64,000 nt of DNA, from NCBI GenBank assembly GCA_051294905.1, contig CM119372.1, positions 23,562,001 to 23,626,000 on the forward strand, given 5' to 3'. This DNA comes from Botryllus schlosseri. Its lineage: Eukaryota. Positions 18,901 through 33,645 of this stretch are shown one piece after another (position 1 is the stretch's first letter; every line of letters starts with the position of its first letter). The notes below the pieces were generated by a model that worked only from the letters and a program-made list of their open reading frames with translations, did not search any database and was not told the origin of the DNA. Made by a program: the position numbers and the translations under genes.

Positions 18901-21508
18901 GATTCTATTCTTAGAATTTCTCTATCACGTAAGATTTTTTCCGTATGAATTTTTCGCATTTTCATAAATTAATCAAATTTCGGCTTTCGTTAGTGACGTC
19001 ACGGTAAGCATACAGCAGCAACAGATCAAATATTGTTATTGAAATCATCAATCTATTTTTGTTAGCCAGCGCTGAGTTATAGTAACTTGATATGCCAATC
19101 GAAGTGTTTTATTCGACAGCTTAAATATTTTCAAATCTTTAATCGATTCATTAACATTTGTGTGGTTTGCGTACTACGATCAAACCGCGATTACCTGGCA
19201 AGAACAATCAAACACCAATTTTACTAATTGCGACATGCACGATTCAAAGAAGTTTGAATTCTAGTAAAGTGGAGATTGTCATTCCCCTTATACGAACATG
19301 CGGTACCTATTGGTGACCAGAAATATTGTGGAGCAGTGGTCATCTAATACTATCGAGTATCGACTATCGAGAATCGAGTAGGCTACTTACAGACCGTGCG
19401 CAACTACGTGTGGATAATCAGTGACGCTACAATTGATTAGTGTATTTTGATGTGATAATATTAACCCATGAGGTTGACTAATTTGATGTTTCTGCTGTCA
19501 AGAACTTGGTATACGGCACCATTACTTTTTCAGTTGATGTCATAGTCGCGTAATCAGCGTTTTACAACGCAATCGAATATCCAAAATATTTGATTACGAT
19601 TGTCTCTGGAATCTGTCAAGAGATCGACTACGTTTAAGTGTTAGGATAAAATCCATACCTTCGAGTCGCAAGTCATTTCGAGTCCGTTCTAATTTTGACT
19701 TGAATCAAGTCGAGTAATTTCGAAAATTTCCAAGTCAAGTCACGACTAAGTCACGCACAGTTTTAGAGTGGCTTGAGTCAAGATGGTCATCTCAAATTTT
19801 CAGACTTTGTGTCAATTTCAAGTCAACAAATATTTTCATTTTGTGTCGATTGAGTTAATGAGCGGATGCAGTTGCATACTCCATTACTCAATGCGCCATA
19901 ATAGTGCGTCAAACTTGGTGCCATGCCATTTCAAATCGACCAAGACTATATGAGTCACGGGTTATTCATGTAAGTCGTTGAGACTGCTACTCACAGGATA
20001 TACTATGGCCATCATGGGAGTTTAATTCAATGTAAGCCACGTTTATTGACTGCGACATGGTTTGATTGTGTAACTCGTCGAAATGGTCCAGAAATCACCA
20101 ACATTTGTTGTCAGTAATAGCATTTCACCATTCAACTAAACATATCTTCGCATATCTGTTCGTTCGCGGTTGTATGTGGTGCACCCCTACCTCTAAAAAT
20201 GCCTACAGGCCGACGCCCTACATACAGTGCGGATTCGAATTTAACGACGGACTGTCGAAATAATGTAACAAACATATGGTTATTCTAAAACCACACCCGT
20301 TACTGGTGGTCGTAAATTCGATTTTAAAAGTCACATATAGCTCAAAATGAATTCAGACATATATGACACACTACCACACAGATCTTCAATTCTGCGGAAC
20401 CTGTGCCATACACGATACATTTATCCTTAGTTGTATATGTAGTGATATTATATTGCCAGTCGACGACGGTTACGGGCATGACGACAGTGTTTTATCAGCG
20501 ATGTCGTTGCAGATGAATTAATCACATAAAAACATAATTCAAAATGGAATCCACTACAACAGCGGCTGAGTATTGACGATTCGGTAACTTCTCAGTACGA
20601 CCAACAGATTCAGAATGCTTTGCGAAGTATAATATTCAATGTCTTGACTCCAAAATCTGACTCAGGTCTTTCCAACACTGTTACTGTTACGATTACTTGA
20701 AAACGCTGTAATCGTTCTAATTACAATTACGATTGCACTATGTCTGGTTGACAGTGGTAGATGGTGGGCCTTGTTTATTTACAATTTATTCGATTTGTTT
20801 GTTTAAGAATAATATCAGCAGTTTCGAAACAAAATCGTGCGGCAATCAATCATTCGAGCCAATGTTGGCCTGTCTACAAAATTCTCCAAGAACATTGATT
20901 ATTATGCGTAAATGACATCCTTAATACACTATGTAATGTGAAATGTCTAGAGACAGAACGAACTGCACTTCAATTGATCTGTCATATGCATTCAGGTTCG
21001 TTCGATATGATTTCTCTTGTCAGATTCATATGTGCGATACGAATGATTATTCAATCCCATCCCAAGAGCATTTTCATCTGACATATTCCTGATTGGAAGA
21101 CACAATTTCAAACCTATCTACGGGGTACAGCCATGTAATATATTATCTGTTCACAGTTTGAGGTCAATTTCTTATTATTTAATCTCACGCCACCCAACGC
21201 CTATAATGGAAACTTACATCTTTCGCGCATTGCTGCATATCATCGCCCTTCGCAATCCCGGTGCCCAATACATCATCCAAGAATTCGCTACCTGGCATGA
21301 AAAAGAGGACCTGCAATACACGTAAACCATTTAACGTAACAAATTCATGTCGCTATATTGGCTACTGAACGGATTTCATACGCAAAGGAAACTAGGGGGA
21401 GCGAGTGACGCAGTAGTCAAACGACACCGTCACGACACCCTTCAAAGTGGCGGAGCCCTTCGAACCCCGATTCTACATATTTTCTATGTGACGGGAATTT
21501 ATCTAGGC

Positions 21509-22262
21509 CAGTGGTTCTCAACCCCTTTTGACACGCCCCCTTGATGATGGTGAAAAATTTAGCGCCCCCCATATCAAAAAATATTAAGAAGAGCAACCAG
21601 AATGTTTGCAATCCAAACGCACAGTTTCATGGCATAGAAGGTTATGACTGTTGAGAGACTTCTCAAATATGAAATTCGAGCTATACGCAGATCAACAATT
21701 GATGATCTGCAGTTAAATCGCGCTAAATCTTATTTTGAATAATCTGTCAAAAGCAATCACGTGCAATGGTAGCACATAGCATATCACAATATTCGCGATT
21801 TTGGTGTATAATACCTTTGATTTCCTGACTTGGGTTTGGCTCAAACGTACCCGACCATAAGCTATAGCCAGAGCCACATACATGGCATTTGACATGGTAT
21901 TATAAGGAAATATCTTATTTCTCCATAACTTTGTGTCTTTCTACCCACTCTGCACAGTTACTCGACAGAGAGACCATAAAAGCATCAGCTGACACCTACA
22001 CGCATTGACCAGTTATACCTAATTCAGAGACATCTTCTGGTCGGTGCAAGGTCCGGTATCAATCACAATCTAGCATAGATCTATGGACGGTACAACGCAA
22101 CTACGACTTTTGAAATAGTAAAAAAATTTGGAATATTGCTGTTGTTGGAACTTGGAAGTGTCAGCACAAATTAAACTCATTCCGAGTCCAAGAAACTTCA
22201 TTTCTCTCACGCGACTTCGCGCACCTTCAGATGCTTTACGCCTCCCAGTTTGAGAACCACTG
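21509..22262. mobile_element. hAT-type MITE (CAGTGGTTCTCAA termini)
   Basis: TIR CAGTGGTTCTCAA / TTGAGAACCACTG with TSD ATCTAGGC / CTCTAGGC. Confidence 0.8.
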
Positions 22263-24449
22263 CTCTAGGCTGATAATCCGCCGTACTCATTGTATGTAAC
22301 AGTTCAAGGTAAAGATAAGACCAGTCGCAGCAATGATGAATATGTAAACGCGTGAAAACTAGAGATACCAATGACTAAAGGGGCGCGCGGGTGAAACTCG
22401 TCTGAATTGGATAAAGTATAAATTTATGCAAAATTGTACAAAGTCAAGACAATGGGCTTTGATGAATGTAACTGTCGTCGCGTGCGAAAAGCACTGTATG
22501 TATGCAGTAAAGAAACAGACAAAGAAAACTAATACAATTAGCTCGAGTGATACTAACAACAGTGCTCGGTGGTTACTAATAAATACTACGCCGAATCTCA
22601 GAATAACACAATCAGCTAAGATTCGCGTGGAACGCACGTTTAACAATAAGTCACAATGCAATACTAACCAAACCGATCGTCAAAAACAATAGACATGTCG
22701 CGTACTGCAGGAGTTTAAGCAACACGGGATAATCAGATGATGACAGCTGCGAGTCCGTCAGTGAATCGCATCCGAGGATCTGAGTGATCTGAATTTCAAA
22801 TGAAATACATAGTAACAAAATGGGCGATCGATAGATTTAATTAGTATGGGCATGGACATTGGACATATATATTTCGCCGAATCAATATCATATAAATATA
22901 AGCAACCTTAGAGCGATGTTGACGCCCGTTTGCACCTTCTCCGACACCAAGCACTTTTCTGCTCTTGAGCCTGCTCTGGATGCTCTGCATCATCTCGTCA
23001 GAAAGAACTCGAGCTTTCGATGAAGATCAAGATAGCAAATTACATAGATTCAAAACGCGTCTCTGATGCAAAAACGATTACGCGGTATTTTTTGAAAGCA
23101 GAATCAATAATGCATACAGACAAACGAAAATGGCAAGCTAATGCGATACAGAGCGAAATCTGGAAACGAGAGGTCTCGGGCAATAATATAATTCTTCCTT
23201 CGGCGCTTTGCTAATGCACCTCAAAACTTGAGACCCGTCGCCGACTTCACTATCGCAGATGAAACGGGGAACATGCGACTCAAATAATTGTTAAATATGA
23301 TCACAGTTCTTGTTATGCGTAATCAATGCTGTGTTAGTTGACAACGATTTCATAGACGGAAAAGGCCTGTTTCTGACAGTAGGCAAATTTGTCCTTATTG
23401 ATATTGTAACACCGATTTATGGGAATATACAGTGTGATAGTCCATACGAGATAACCAAAGTGAGGCTGGCTTTAGAAATGCCTTAGAAGCACTGCATGCC
23501 GTACGGGAATAATACCTATGGGTAATAACGCTGCAGTCTGCCCGCACCTCCACATACGAATGTTTGATTTAAGTCTCCAAACTATACACAATATGCATAT
23601 ACATAGATATCACCATAACTATGAAACGTGCGACGCGATTCTCAAATTCATCCAACAACCAAGGGTGAGTAAAGCAATTGCTTTCGGTTTACGACACAGC
23701 ATATCGTGCTATAGAATATCACGTTCGCAATAAGCTATGCCCATAGCCCAATTGCCCATCCATAGATCAATATATAGCTGTGTAGTGTGTATCTTGCCTG
23801 GGGTCGTGCAGCAGTTATTTCAATGATATCAAAGTATATCCACCTGTATAATTCTCAAAATATCTGAATCACTTGTCCTATCAGAAATTGGTATATCAAT
23901 TCACTTGCCACGGACGTTTAATCAACTTCACCATAAGAATCATTTTCCGCCTTCGTATTTGTATGCATGCATGATCATTGATCATTGATCATTGATTAAC
24001 CTATACTCACACCCGACTGGGCACCATGGAAAGTCAAGTGAAAAAGCTCTATATTCTAAATCATTTTATAAAAGATATGATTGTCGAGCCATATAGTGAA
24101 TAAACGAATAATAAGCACACTAAAACGCTGCAATTAGATACAAGGTCTATAACGCATAAATTGAATATATAAAACGATATCGAAACCCATTTTCACTAGA
24201 ATATTAGATTATAGGGAATAGCCCTTGCTTATACTGGTAAGGGAACATCGAGTTAGAACAGTATTCCGGATGTGACTATTAACATGTATACTAATTATAA
24301 TCTCATTGATCACTGTAGTAGTGCCGCTGCTGCCAGTAAATTTCTCCGATCCACACACACGAGTTATGATGTCGCACGAAAACTGAAACCTGTGGTTAAG
24401 TCTACTACAGCAGGCAGACAAGTCATTACGTCAGAGGAAATGCAATGGC

Positions 24450-27330
24450 AGTAAGCATTCCAAAACAGAGGCAGAGATTTCTCTGCGTACAAGAACGCTC
24501 ACCACAATACATTTTATCAGACAATCGAAGAATAGAACATCCTGCATCTTCGTACCGGCATATTCCCTGATATTGAGTGACGCAGTGCTGCATATAATAA
24601 TAGGATTGAAGAGCTTCTTGGAGGTACAGAACATCAATTGAATAATAGGATTGTCATCACTAAGATATTAGCGCACGAAAGTACATTCAACTGCTACAGT
24701 AGTAGTGGAAGTTCAAATAGGGTCATATTATTCGTTCTTACGGTACATTGCTCTAATGCTCGCGATGATTGCATTCTCATGGTACCGCCATATTTTGCTA
24801 GCGCTGTTTGCTTTCAACATACGCCCGTACGTATGTCTAATTTGGTATTTTCTATATCAAGAATGGACAATGGACATGGACACTTGCTAACTAACGGAGT
24901 CGACAAGTCAGGGAGCGTGTGAATGCAGAGCACACAGCTCGAACCCAGTAACACCAGCGTTTAAATTGTATAGGAACTAAAACCCTTCTGTGAAATATGC
25001 TGACACCCAAACTTGCATATTGAACGACTCTACAAAAATAATTTCCCCTTACACTGTTCAATGACGCACTACCGAGATCGTTATTACGTACCATACCCCT
25101 TAGCGGCACCGGATCCATACCAGAATTTGCTAGCGCATTTTGGTGGCGCGATACAGAAACGAAGCGTCGACCTCGATCTCTCATATGCACATCGTCGTAA
25201 CTACCGCCCACTCGCCTCACTTCCTGAAAGTTATGAAAATACGCAAATATGTTCTCTAATGACTAGCACTAAGTATAAGGACTTTGTCCGAGTGAGGTAT
25301 TCTCTCCTTCCGAATACAAATATCTCAACAGTTACGAATTCAGAGAGAAGGCGTCTACGATTGTTGTGGTGCAATAAAATATACACTATACATTTGTGAT
25401 TCGGGAATCAGACATCATACTGATTACAGGTTTAATTATTCACTTGGAGGTGCATTATATTGTCATCTGATGGTCGCATTTTCACCGCGGTGCTCAGGTG
25501 CTAAGGACAGGATTATTTGAATTCAAACTATTTTACGCCTATGACTCCTGAACTGAACATTTCAATATCGAAGTATTTTTGCACGTGCGGTGGTCATTTT
25601 GGGCCACGATTTTATCGCCGTTGTGGATTGTATTAGCAGCGCACGCTGTGGAGTCGAACGTTGGCCAAAAACTGTTATGTCTTGGCGTGTACTGGGGTGG
25701 AAATGGCACGGGCGATAAAATGCTGATAAAATGCCGCAAGCTGCACAATGCACATGCACACCTCAAGACCGAAGCCTCCCACCGGTCTCAAGCGTTGCTA
25801 TACAGATATAGTTAGACTAGTTTCTGTAAGTTATGGGTATTTAATTAGGGAGGATGTACCCATCATAAAATCAAGAAATCTATATTCTAGTGTCAGAGTG
25901 TCACTAACTTACGCGAAGCGCGAAGGAAAATTTCAAGTTGAATAAATATACCCCAAAAACTCTGTTTACGTTAATTTATGTGACGCATTTCATATTCCAA
26001 TAATTCCCTTTTTTCGGGATCACGTTTATTTTCTGGAATGTGCTTCACAGCACCAAAAAATTGTCTCGTGACCGCGGACTTCAGTTTGAGAACCACAGGT
26101 CTAAAATAGTGAAGTTTTTCCGCAAGTTGGTCGTCGCGTGGTCATTATTATTAATCGGAGGCACGTAGGCTACTATAGTGTTGTCGAATCAAATACCACA
26201 GCCCCACATAGGCCGGACTTTCGTGACTTAAGAAGAACAAGATGAAAGGAGCTATATCGTCTCGGCACCTAGTTAGAATCGATTTTTCCGAATTTTCTTT
26301 TCGAGCGGCAGAGTACGTAACCCTGACACGGCACGATATGAAAATCGTGTTATTCTCAAGCTTTTATAATGGAGAATGAATGTCGACTGAAGGGGACAAA
26401 CATAAATTAAGCCAGATATACCACCATAAACAATATTGAGGACTATCCAATGTCCAGGGAATGACGAAATCACAAATTACATAATAAACATGAGCAGGCT
26501 CCAGTCATATTGATCAAAGCATTAAAAAAAAAGCTGTGTTGCAGAGACATGGCGCGCAGCCCGAGCCTTACGCGGTTATGCAGCACGAAAAAATACATTT
26601 TGGACAAACGCACGAGCTAAACACGCTCCGCCAGAATATAGACGGTTGTCATTTTCACATTCGCCTTTATTCAACCAATTTATTATCAAATCTTTTAACT
26701 CTTCCCAACCTTCGCCTTTATTTAATTCTCTGGTACTACGGCTACCGACTGCTGACTGCGTGTCGCCTGTACTACGGTCGTTCATTGACTATTTGAACAC
26801 TTTTGCCAGTTGTATGGCAGAATACAAGCGTATTTACAATTGCGGAAATGCCTCATGTCAATGGATTGCCTATATTTTCTTGGATTGCGTCATCGAAGCT
26901 GGTCTCATTGGAATAAAGAGAGACGCGTATGCGGCACACATAAAACCGATCAAAACCACGCCACGCTGTAATCACCCACCGCAATGTCGATCGACTTCGC
27001 ATTTTAGCGGCGAATATGTGTCATTATCAATCATTTGGTGTTCAATTTAATGGGATCCACTTAGTCTCTAATTGGTGTCGCTCCCGAATTTCACAAGAAG
27101 CAATGTGTGGCCATTCCCTCAGGGAGTAATCGAAGAAGTTGAATTTACGAGTTTGCAGATTCATATCATAATGGGCTATTACAAGAACGAATAGTGTGTG
27201 ATGGTGTGGAAGTTGGTACTTTATGACATAAAGTATATACGCAGAGTCCAGAAACGCAGTAATTACCATGCCTACAAATGTATAGCGCGAACTCTTCCTA
27301 CTTCACGTGAATCTGGTTTTGAATTGGTCA
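24450..27330 (-). pseudogene. Possible heavily decayed class-A GPCR sequence(s)
   Basis: Minus-strand hydrophobic fragments broken by stops and frameshifts: VGMVITAFLDSAYILYVIKYQL..TLFVLVIAHYD (TM1-TM2-like), FVISSFP (TM6-like), FCRVVQYASLGVSIFH..VLVPIQFKRW (TM3-like), LFNPII/YAAL (NPxxY-like with a 1-nt frameshift). Pattern recognition only. Confidence 0.25.
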
Positions 27331-27753
27331 TATTTTGACTACAATTCTTAAACAAGTTTCATCCTTGATTTAATTATGAAACAGCGCAGATATTTGCGAT
27401 CAAGTCATAAATTTTCCTATGACATAAATATTAGGGATGGTGATAACCCCTGAAAGGTATGAACGCGAACAGTTCCGAAAGGTTCTGTGTGAATTCGAAC
27501 GAGAACCTATGACGTCCCGTGACGTCATATTACCAATTCCAACGCTATATTACCGTAAAGTAATATATTAATGTATGTGATATTTCGCGACAACTCGGGC
27601 CACATTATGTCACAATGCTGAGTTTTTAAACGTCACCTAATTCTAATGTATCCACTGGGCCAATACATGCTATAATAATTCCACAAAATCTTCAATCGCT
27701 TTGCCAACAATCTCAAGGAGGACTCGTGGCTAGACCAGAAAGTATATTCTTAA

Positions 27754-29208
27754 AGGAAGTCATCGAATTGCGCTGAGTCAACCAATCAATTGCATTTACA
27801 TCAACGAAATTATATAACGAATGCGTCGATGTCTAATGTAAAAAATCTATCAGGCGTACGGGATCTAACTTGATTTGATATCCCTATTAGATACCCGAAT
27901 AGGGTGTTTGGCTACTGTATAACTTGTGCTTGAGATAAAATCTGGCGCAAGTATAGAACCCGGTATTTCTTTCTTAAGGGGCACTGCGCTCTAAAAATGA
28001 TGTGGTCTCAAATTGAAAAACGGATCGAACAAAAATTTTGTCCGCAGCGATTTTCTCCAGAAAGTCACCGTAATGGAACCCTGTTCCACTCCAGCTGCCG
28101 CGGCTGCGCATCATCGTTTCTTAACCAGTCTTAACCGTACGCTTACTTAACGTAATTAAACCACCAATTGGTGTGTAAGACACAATTCCTTCATAATATC
28201 GTCTGACAACTAAGGTGCTTTCTCTGCGGGGCTGTCTAATCGCGTCGAACAATGGCGGCAGTAGAGATATCGTGCTAGAAATTTCGCAGCGGGTTAAGAA
28301 ACGATGACGCGCAGCCGCGGGAGCTGGATTGGAACGGGGCGCTATTCAAAAAATCATTTAGTTGCAGCAATATAACGATGGCTTTCTGAAAAAAGGCTGC
28401 GGTCAATTTTTCTCCGATCTGTTCTTCAATTTGAGACCGCATCATTTTTAGAACGCATCAACGCAGTGCCCCTTAAGAGAGAAATACCTGGTTCTATACT
28501 TGCCCCAGATTTTATCTTAAAACAAGTTATACAGTAGCCAGCACCGTAATCGGGTATCCAATAGGGATTAGGGCTTGGCACAATGATTCGAGTACTCGAG
28601 TCAGAATCGAGTATTAATTTTAATGGTTCGAGTAGAGTCGTAAAATACGATTTTTTCGAGTACTGAAATTATACGCTTCTCGCCTCTGAAAGTTAACTTA
28701 TCAACGAGGATTATAGTTTCGATACTAATTTTCACTGTTGAAGCCTTGAAACCGTATCGTAGTATACGAAACATATAGTACAAAAGCTACGAACGTAACT
28801 GGAAATACCACATCTCCGAAGTCATGATCATCCCAAAACCAAGAGCAGTGAAATCGGTATGGTCGGAAAAATACCAAAGTATTTTTAATGTGATGGATAA
28901 CAGGAATTATTGTCCTTGTGGTCGCATAAAAAGTACATATTTGAACTTGATATATTACATTTTGTTGTGACGTCATAATAAGTGATACTCGATTACTCGA
29001 CTCGACTCGAAGCATTTTACGTGATTCAGAATCGAATCACTCAGGTACTCGATTTTGCCCAGCCCTAATAGGGATATCAAATCTAGATAGATCCCGTACG
29101 CCTGATGGATTTTTTACATCAGGTATCGAAGCATTCTTTATATAATTTTGTTGATGTACACATAATATAATTGGTTGGTTGACTATAAGCACAATTCGCT
29201 GACTTCCT
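27754..29208. repeat. Long imperfect inverted repeat (~370-bp arms) with a TTAA-flanked core (27978-28472)
   Basis: 27754-28126 is the reverse complement of 28292-28568 plus 29068-29208. The core reads TTAA-GGGGCACTGCG...CGCAGTGCCCC-TTAA. Confidence 0.85.
28569..29067. mobile_element. TAGGGCTGGGCA-family hAT MITE
   Basis: TIRs present with perfect TSD ATAGGGAT (28561-28568, 29068-29075). Second copy at 52021-52536. Confidence 0.9.
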
Positions 29209-29558
29209 ATGTGTAGTGTGTTTCGATCTTGCTATTGTGTGATTCCGGGCAAAGCTCACAGCAGATAGTAACTAAAGATTCACAAACGGAAAGCTGAATA
29301 TTCCAAGCAAACTTTCGATTTTGAAATTGGCAAGGTGCATGCTCGTTTAGTGCTGAGTTTCTTTTCGTACTGCCAGCGCCTTACGGATGGTGGTTGGAAG
29401 TTGAGAAGCAAAGAATTTCAAATAAAGACAAGTTATAGCGATGTGGAAATTTGTAATATACGAAAAAGGTTCACAATGCATAAACTACCAAGGTTCGTTT
29501 GCGAACGCGGACCTCAAAATTTCTGAAGCTCACGCACAGAACGCGAACGTGAACCTGC

Positions 29559-31097
29559 CAATCAATCAATCAATCAATCAATCAGGTTTATTAATATTTT
29601 CATCGTTTCAAAACATCACAAGACTGCGATACAATGAAAAGATAGGAAGGTGTCGAAACAAATTGGAGTAGCCATTAAGATCCGACACCCACCTTAGCCT
29701 AGACCAGGGGTTCTCAAAGGGTGGGCCATGGCCCACTGGTGGGCCACAGCAACATTTGAGGTGGGCCACAAAGCTATTTAGAAAATTTCAGAATTAATGT
29801 AAGTCAAGTTTTATTTGTTATGTTAATCGCTACAAAATACATTATCTAATTATACGTAGGCTGCATAAAACTTTTCATCCGACTGTAATTAGAAGTAGTG
29901 GCACGTTTGGAGTCGGCATGTATTCAGCCTACAAGTCGAAAACGTTAACGAGAAATGGCGGCTTTTTCCACTGGCAATGACAACCAACGGCTAACAGCAG
30001 CTAAAAAAATTCTGAGTATATAATAACTGGAAGGTAATGCTGACGTAAAGAAGTATTCTAGCAAGTTGATATGTCGTATGCCGTTGAAAGGGGTATGCAA
30101 TGATGTTTTGGTACAAGACATATTGTACATTGTACAGCATGCATATTTTAAACTAATATTTCTCCACTTCTCTGTAGGACCCCATTCATCAATGAAATAT
30201 TTGAATCTGGTCCAGAATGATTATATTATTCCTCAATATAGTGAAACCAAAATCTCAGATAACACAGTGGACGCGGGGATTTGATCATTGTGTTTCGCGA
30301 CGCGACTGGTGTAGTGGAAGATCATAATCAATGATATAAATATTTATATCATTGATCATAATATACTCAGGAGTTTTAGCCTATATGATCTACCAGGCTG
30401 TAAGTGCTGCACCCAGACCCCCAATTGGAGAAGCTTGAAGGGGCTCAAGATTATTTCGTTGGTCGTTTGTTGGAGCATATATTTACGCAACGTGAAAAAT
30501 TTCGGCGCGCTTCGCGCGATTTCGTGTCCCAGGATGTGTTGTTTAAAAATCATCAGTAAATTAAGTAAAAATGCACGTATTTTAGGGAAATAGGCATATC
30601 GCCAGTTCGCCACTGTTGATTACCACGCATTGAACAGGATTATGATTCCAAGATAAGAGGTGGGCCACATCACATTTTCAAATTGGAAAATGGGCCACGG
30701 CCAAGAAAGGGCTGAGAAGCCCTGGCCTAGACGAAGTAAATAAGAGGCATGCACACTGAATGAAAAGTAATGCAGAGAATACAAGACGCAAGCGAGAAAA
30801 TGAGGTGGCATGTGGCGGAGGGCGAGGTCGATGTTAGTTCGCGGTCCGGTAATCCTGAAGACTGGCTAGTATTGATTTAGAAGAAATTGCTTGTATTTCG
30901 ACTTGAATGCGGACATGCTCGACGACTGTCGGATAGCCGGCGAGATGCTGTTCCACAATTGGGGTCCGGCATACTTGATAGAGCAATGCGTTTTCTTGTA
31001 TTCAGTCCTGATCATGGTAGTTGTTCTTCGATGACGAGCGTGTGCTGTACTTGTGCGCTTTTGTCTCCGCGAGGTGAAGTAGTCGTTGAAATTTGCC
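29559..31097 (-). mobile_element. 5'-truncated LINE (CR1/L2/Crack-like) 3' end with (ATTG)n tail
   Basis: ORF end SIKYAGPQLWNSISPAIRQSSSMSAFKSKYKQFLL* (30866-31095) matches the C-terminus typical of CR1-group ORF2. Tandem CAAT tail at 29559-29584. Interrupted by the hAT MITE at 29705-30724. Confidence 0.75.
29705..30724 (+). mobile_element. CAGGGGTTCTCAA-family hAT element
   Basis: TIRs present with perfect TSD GCCTAGAC (29697-29704, 30725-30732). Homologous to 55417-56616 and ~59290-60211(-). Confidence 0.88.
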
Positions 31098-33102
31098 ATT
31101 CGCACCATCCCTAAAATATAGAAAGAATACGACGTATACTTGATAGTAGTTCCCACAATGAGCCCTCTTCTCCCTAAGAAATCCCGACCTCTCAGTTCGT
31201 AGTTTTGTCAAATACAGATTGCACGAATTCTTAAACACCTATGCGTCATGATGGGCGATCTCTGATTGAATCCTTGGGTTTCCCAACAATTATTGCGATT
31301 ATAGGCATTGATCAATCAGTTGAATCCGCACCAACATCCGCTCATTAAATATTCAAAGGGCAGATAAATTTTAGGAACATTCAACAAATTGAATAAACAA
31401 AAGATACCTATCTTCGCTATGAAATTGGCTATAAGGCCTCTTTAACCGATAGGGGAGATGTGGTACCGATGAGACACTGGGACAGAAAATACTTGAAAAA
31501 TTCTCTATGATTATCCCATGATTACACTTCGTGAATTTGTCTACAATTGCATGCTGTCAGAATCTTTCCTCACACGCAAACAAATTTCGACGTGCATGAG
31601 TTATGGTGTCTCAGAGATGTTCTGTTTTGCTAGGTGTAAAATAAATTTTAATCGACTCATACATTTTTCTTTGCAACCTTCAACACGAACAGATCAGCAA
31701 TCATTTTTAATGTGAAGTGTAGGGCATGTACCAGGCTGTATAACGGCACACATTTATTTTATTCAATACCATCCTTGGGTGGACTTATTTTCAAGTCAAT
31801 TACAAAGTTAATAGAGTTTATGCCAATGATACCATTGCCAAATCAAGCAAAATAGTTGGATTAATTAGTCATGCAACAACTGTAACACACCTATATAGTA
31901 CATAGTATAGTACTACCTGTGATATTTTATCGTGATGAGCTATTTGGAAGACAAAATCTCGATTTACGGGCAACGTGCATGTGACTTCAAATTTGTGAGT
32001 TTGAGCTTAAATCGAAACATGATTTCATGGCAAGATTTGAGGACTTATTCATTCTATTTTCGTGACAGTTGTGATCAAACATTATTCGTTGGCTTGCAGT
32101 AGCTTATATTATATTTCACACCAAGAAAAGTTGGAACATTTAAGAGTTTGAGCTTATGTCACATAGGTCCCCAGGTCGTGTTCCTTTCGACCCACAGGGT
32201 GAGGGCCGATGATACGGTCGAGCAACAAATTTTGAAAGTTGATAAATATGACGCACACTAAGCGCACCATGCATATGCAACTGTAAAAGACTTGGGTAAT
32301 GGTGTACGAAATGCTATATGAATTTGTGCCAGCAACTACCACCATCTCCATACTCTACCGCTCCACATTGCTTTCTGCCAGATTGGAATATTAGGATTTC
32401 GGTATATGATCAATTGATCATACATCACTCTATCTTGACCGAAATACCCGGCGCTAAATAGTCAATACTACATATGTGTCATTCGATATCCTCTCCCTGC
32501 GCCTTAATAAAATCGGAATTTTGCAGAATTATGGCAGTCAAATTACTTCCGTAGCAGTTTTCATTTAATTTCAAGCTGATACTCTGTTTTATCATTTCGA
32601 GGTTGGATCTATAATATTTTTGCTGCTAAATGTTCAGAGCTTCTCAATATATCGTTTGCTAACTCGAGAAAGTTACAGCCTATCGCTTTTTGGTTACATT
32701 TTTTTTGCACACACACAACGAGATTACAGGATATCCTCGGCTCAGACCAGGTCACATAGCCCGCGATATAAGAGGACTCCTACCTCGTGATACTGTATAT
32801 ATCCATTAATTCAGTAGTATACTATATATATATAATATATATATATCCATTAATTCAGTAGTATACAAAACAATGATTCTTTCGAACTACCGCAATGTCT
32901 GGCTATACCATTCGTTCAGATAGGAAAGTGCCGGCACGATTTCACTGAAAGTATAGAATGTTTACATTCTATACTGAAAGTTTCGGAAGTTGTTAGTGCC
33001 TATACCAAGCAGTTCGCCATGCTTGGATTTGCACGTCGTCAGCACTGAGCTACTACATAGGAGAAAATGTAGTTGTATGCGATATGGCGGTCCATTTAGG
33101 TA

Positions 33103-33428
33103 TAGGGTTACCATACGTCCTCCTTTCGGAGGATTTGTCCTCCTTATTCGGGGTTTTGAAAATGTCCTCCGAGGACGCCTAAATGTCCTCCTTTTTGGCA
33201 ATTCGTCCTCCTTTACAGCTTTTACAGCTAAGATAGTGGACAGATCGCAGATAAATGACGCTAAATAGGAAATTCGTGGTTCGAACGAAAGTGACGACTT
33301 TTTTTAGTCGACAAACCGAAAAATCGGGACAAATTTATTCTTTTTTCTAAATTTTACCCCACAATCCTGAGTCTGAAAATTTTGACAAAGTGTCCTCCTT
33401 TCCCGATTCCAAAATATGGTAACCCTAA
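33103..33428. mobile_element. TAGGGTTACCATA-family MITE
   Basis: Perfect TIR TAGGGTTACCATA / TATGGTAACCCTA and GTCCT repeats. Confidence 0.8.
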
Positions 33429-33645
33429 TTTTGGAGTCTATCGTTGTGACTTAATGTTATATGAGACTGAGTGCTGTTGTATCAAGAAAAGGCAAAGTAT
33501 ATGTGACGCATCACGTATTTCCCACCTAACTATACCAAATAAAGGCGCAGAGAAAGTGCAACAGTGAAGGAATGCTGATATTCTGAACTACCAAGATTCA
33601 TAATAGACGGACTTCTTCAGTGGGTTCCAACAACATAACTTTTTT

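Larger units (their letters stand above)
27432..31113 (+). mobile_element. TAGGGATGGTG-family hAT-like element with several nested insertions
   Basis: Left end TAGGGATGGTG (27432) and right end CACCATCCCTA (31113). The interior is homologous to 35578-39898. The TSD is only partly preserved (AAATAT). Confidence 0.7.

Noticed and set aside
22075..22086. 12-bp palindrome CATAGATCTATG
   Set aside because: It has no flanking duplication or second copy and could arise by chance.
32790..32870. Duplicated TATATATCCATTAATTCAGTAGTATAC
   Set aside because: Local slippage duplication around a TA run, with no further structure.
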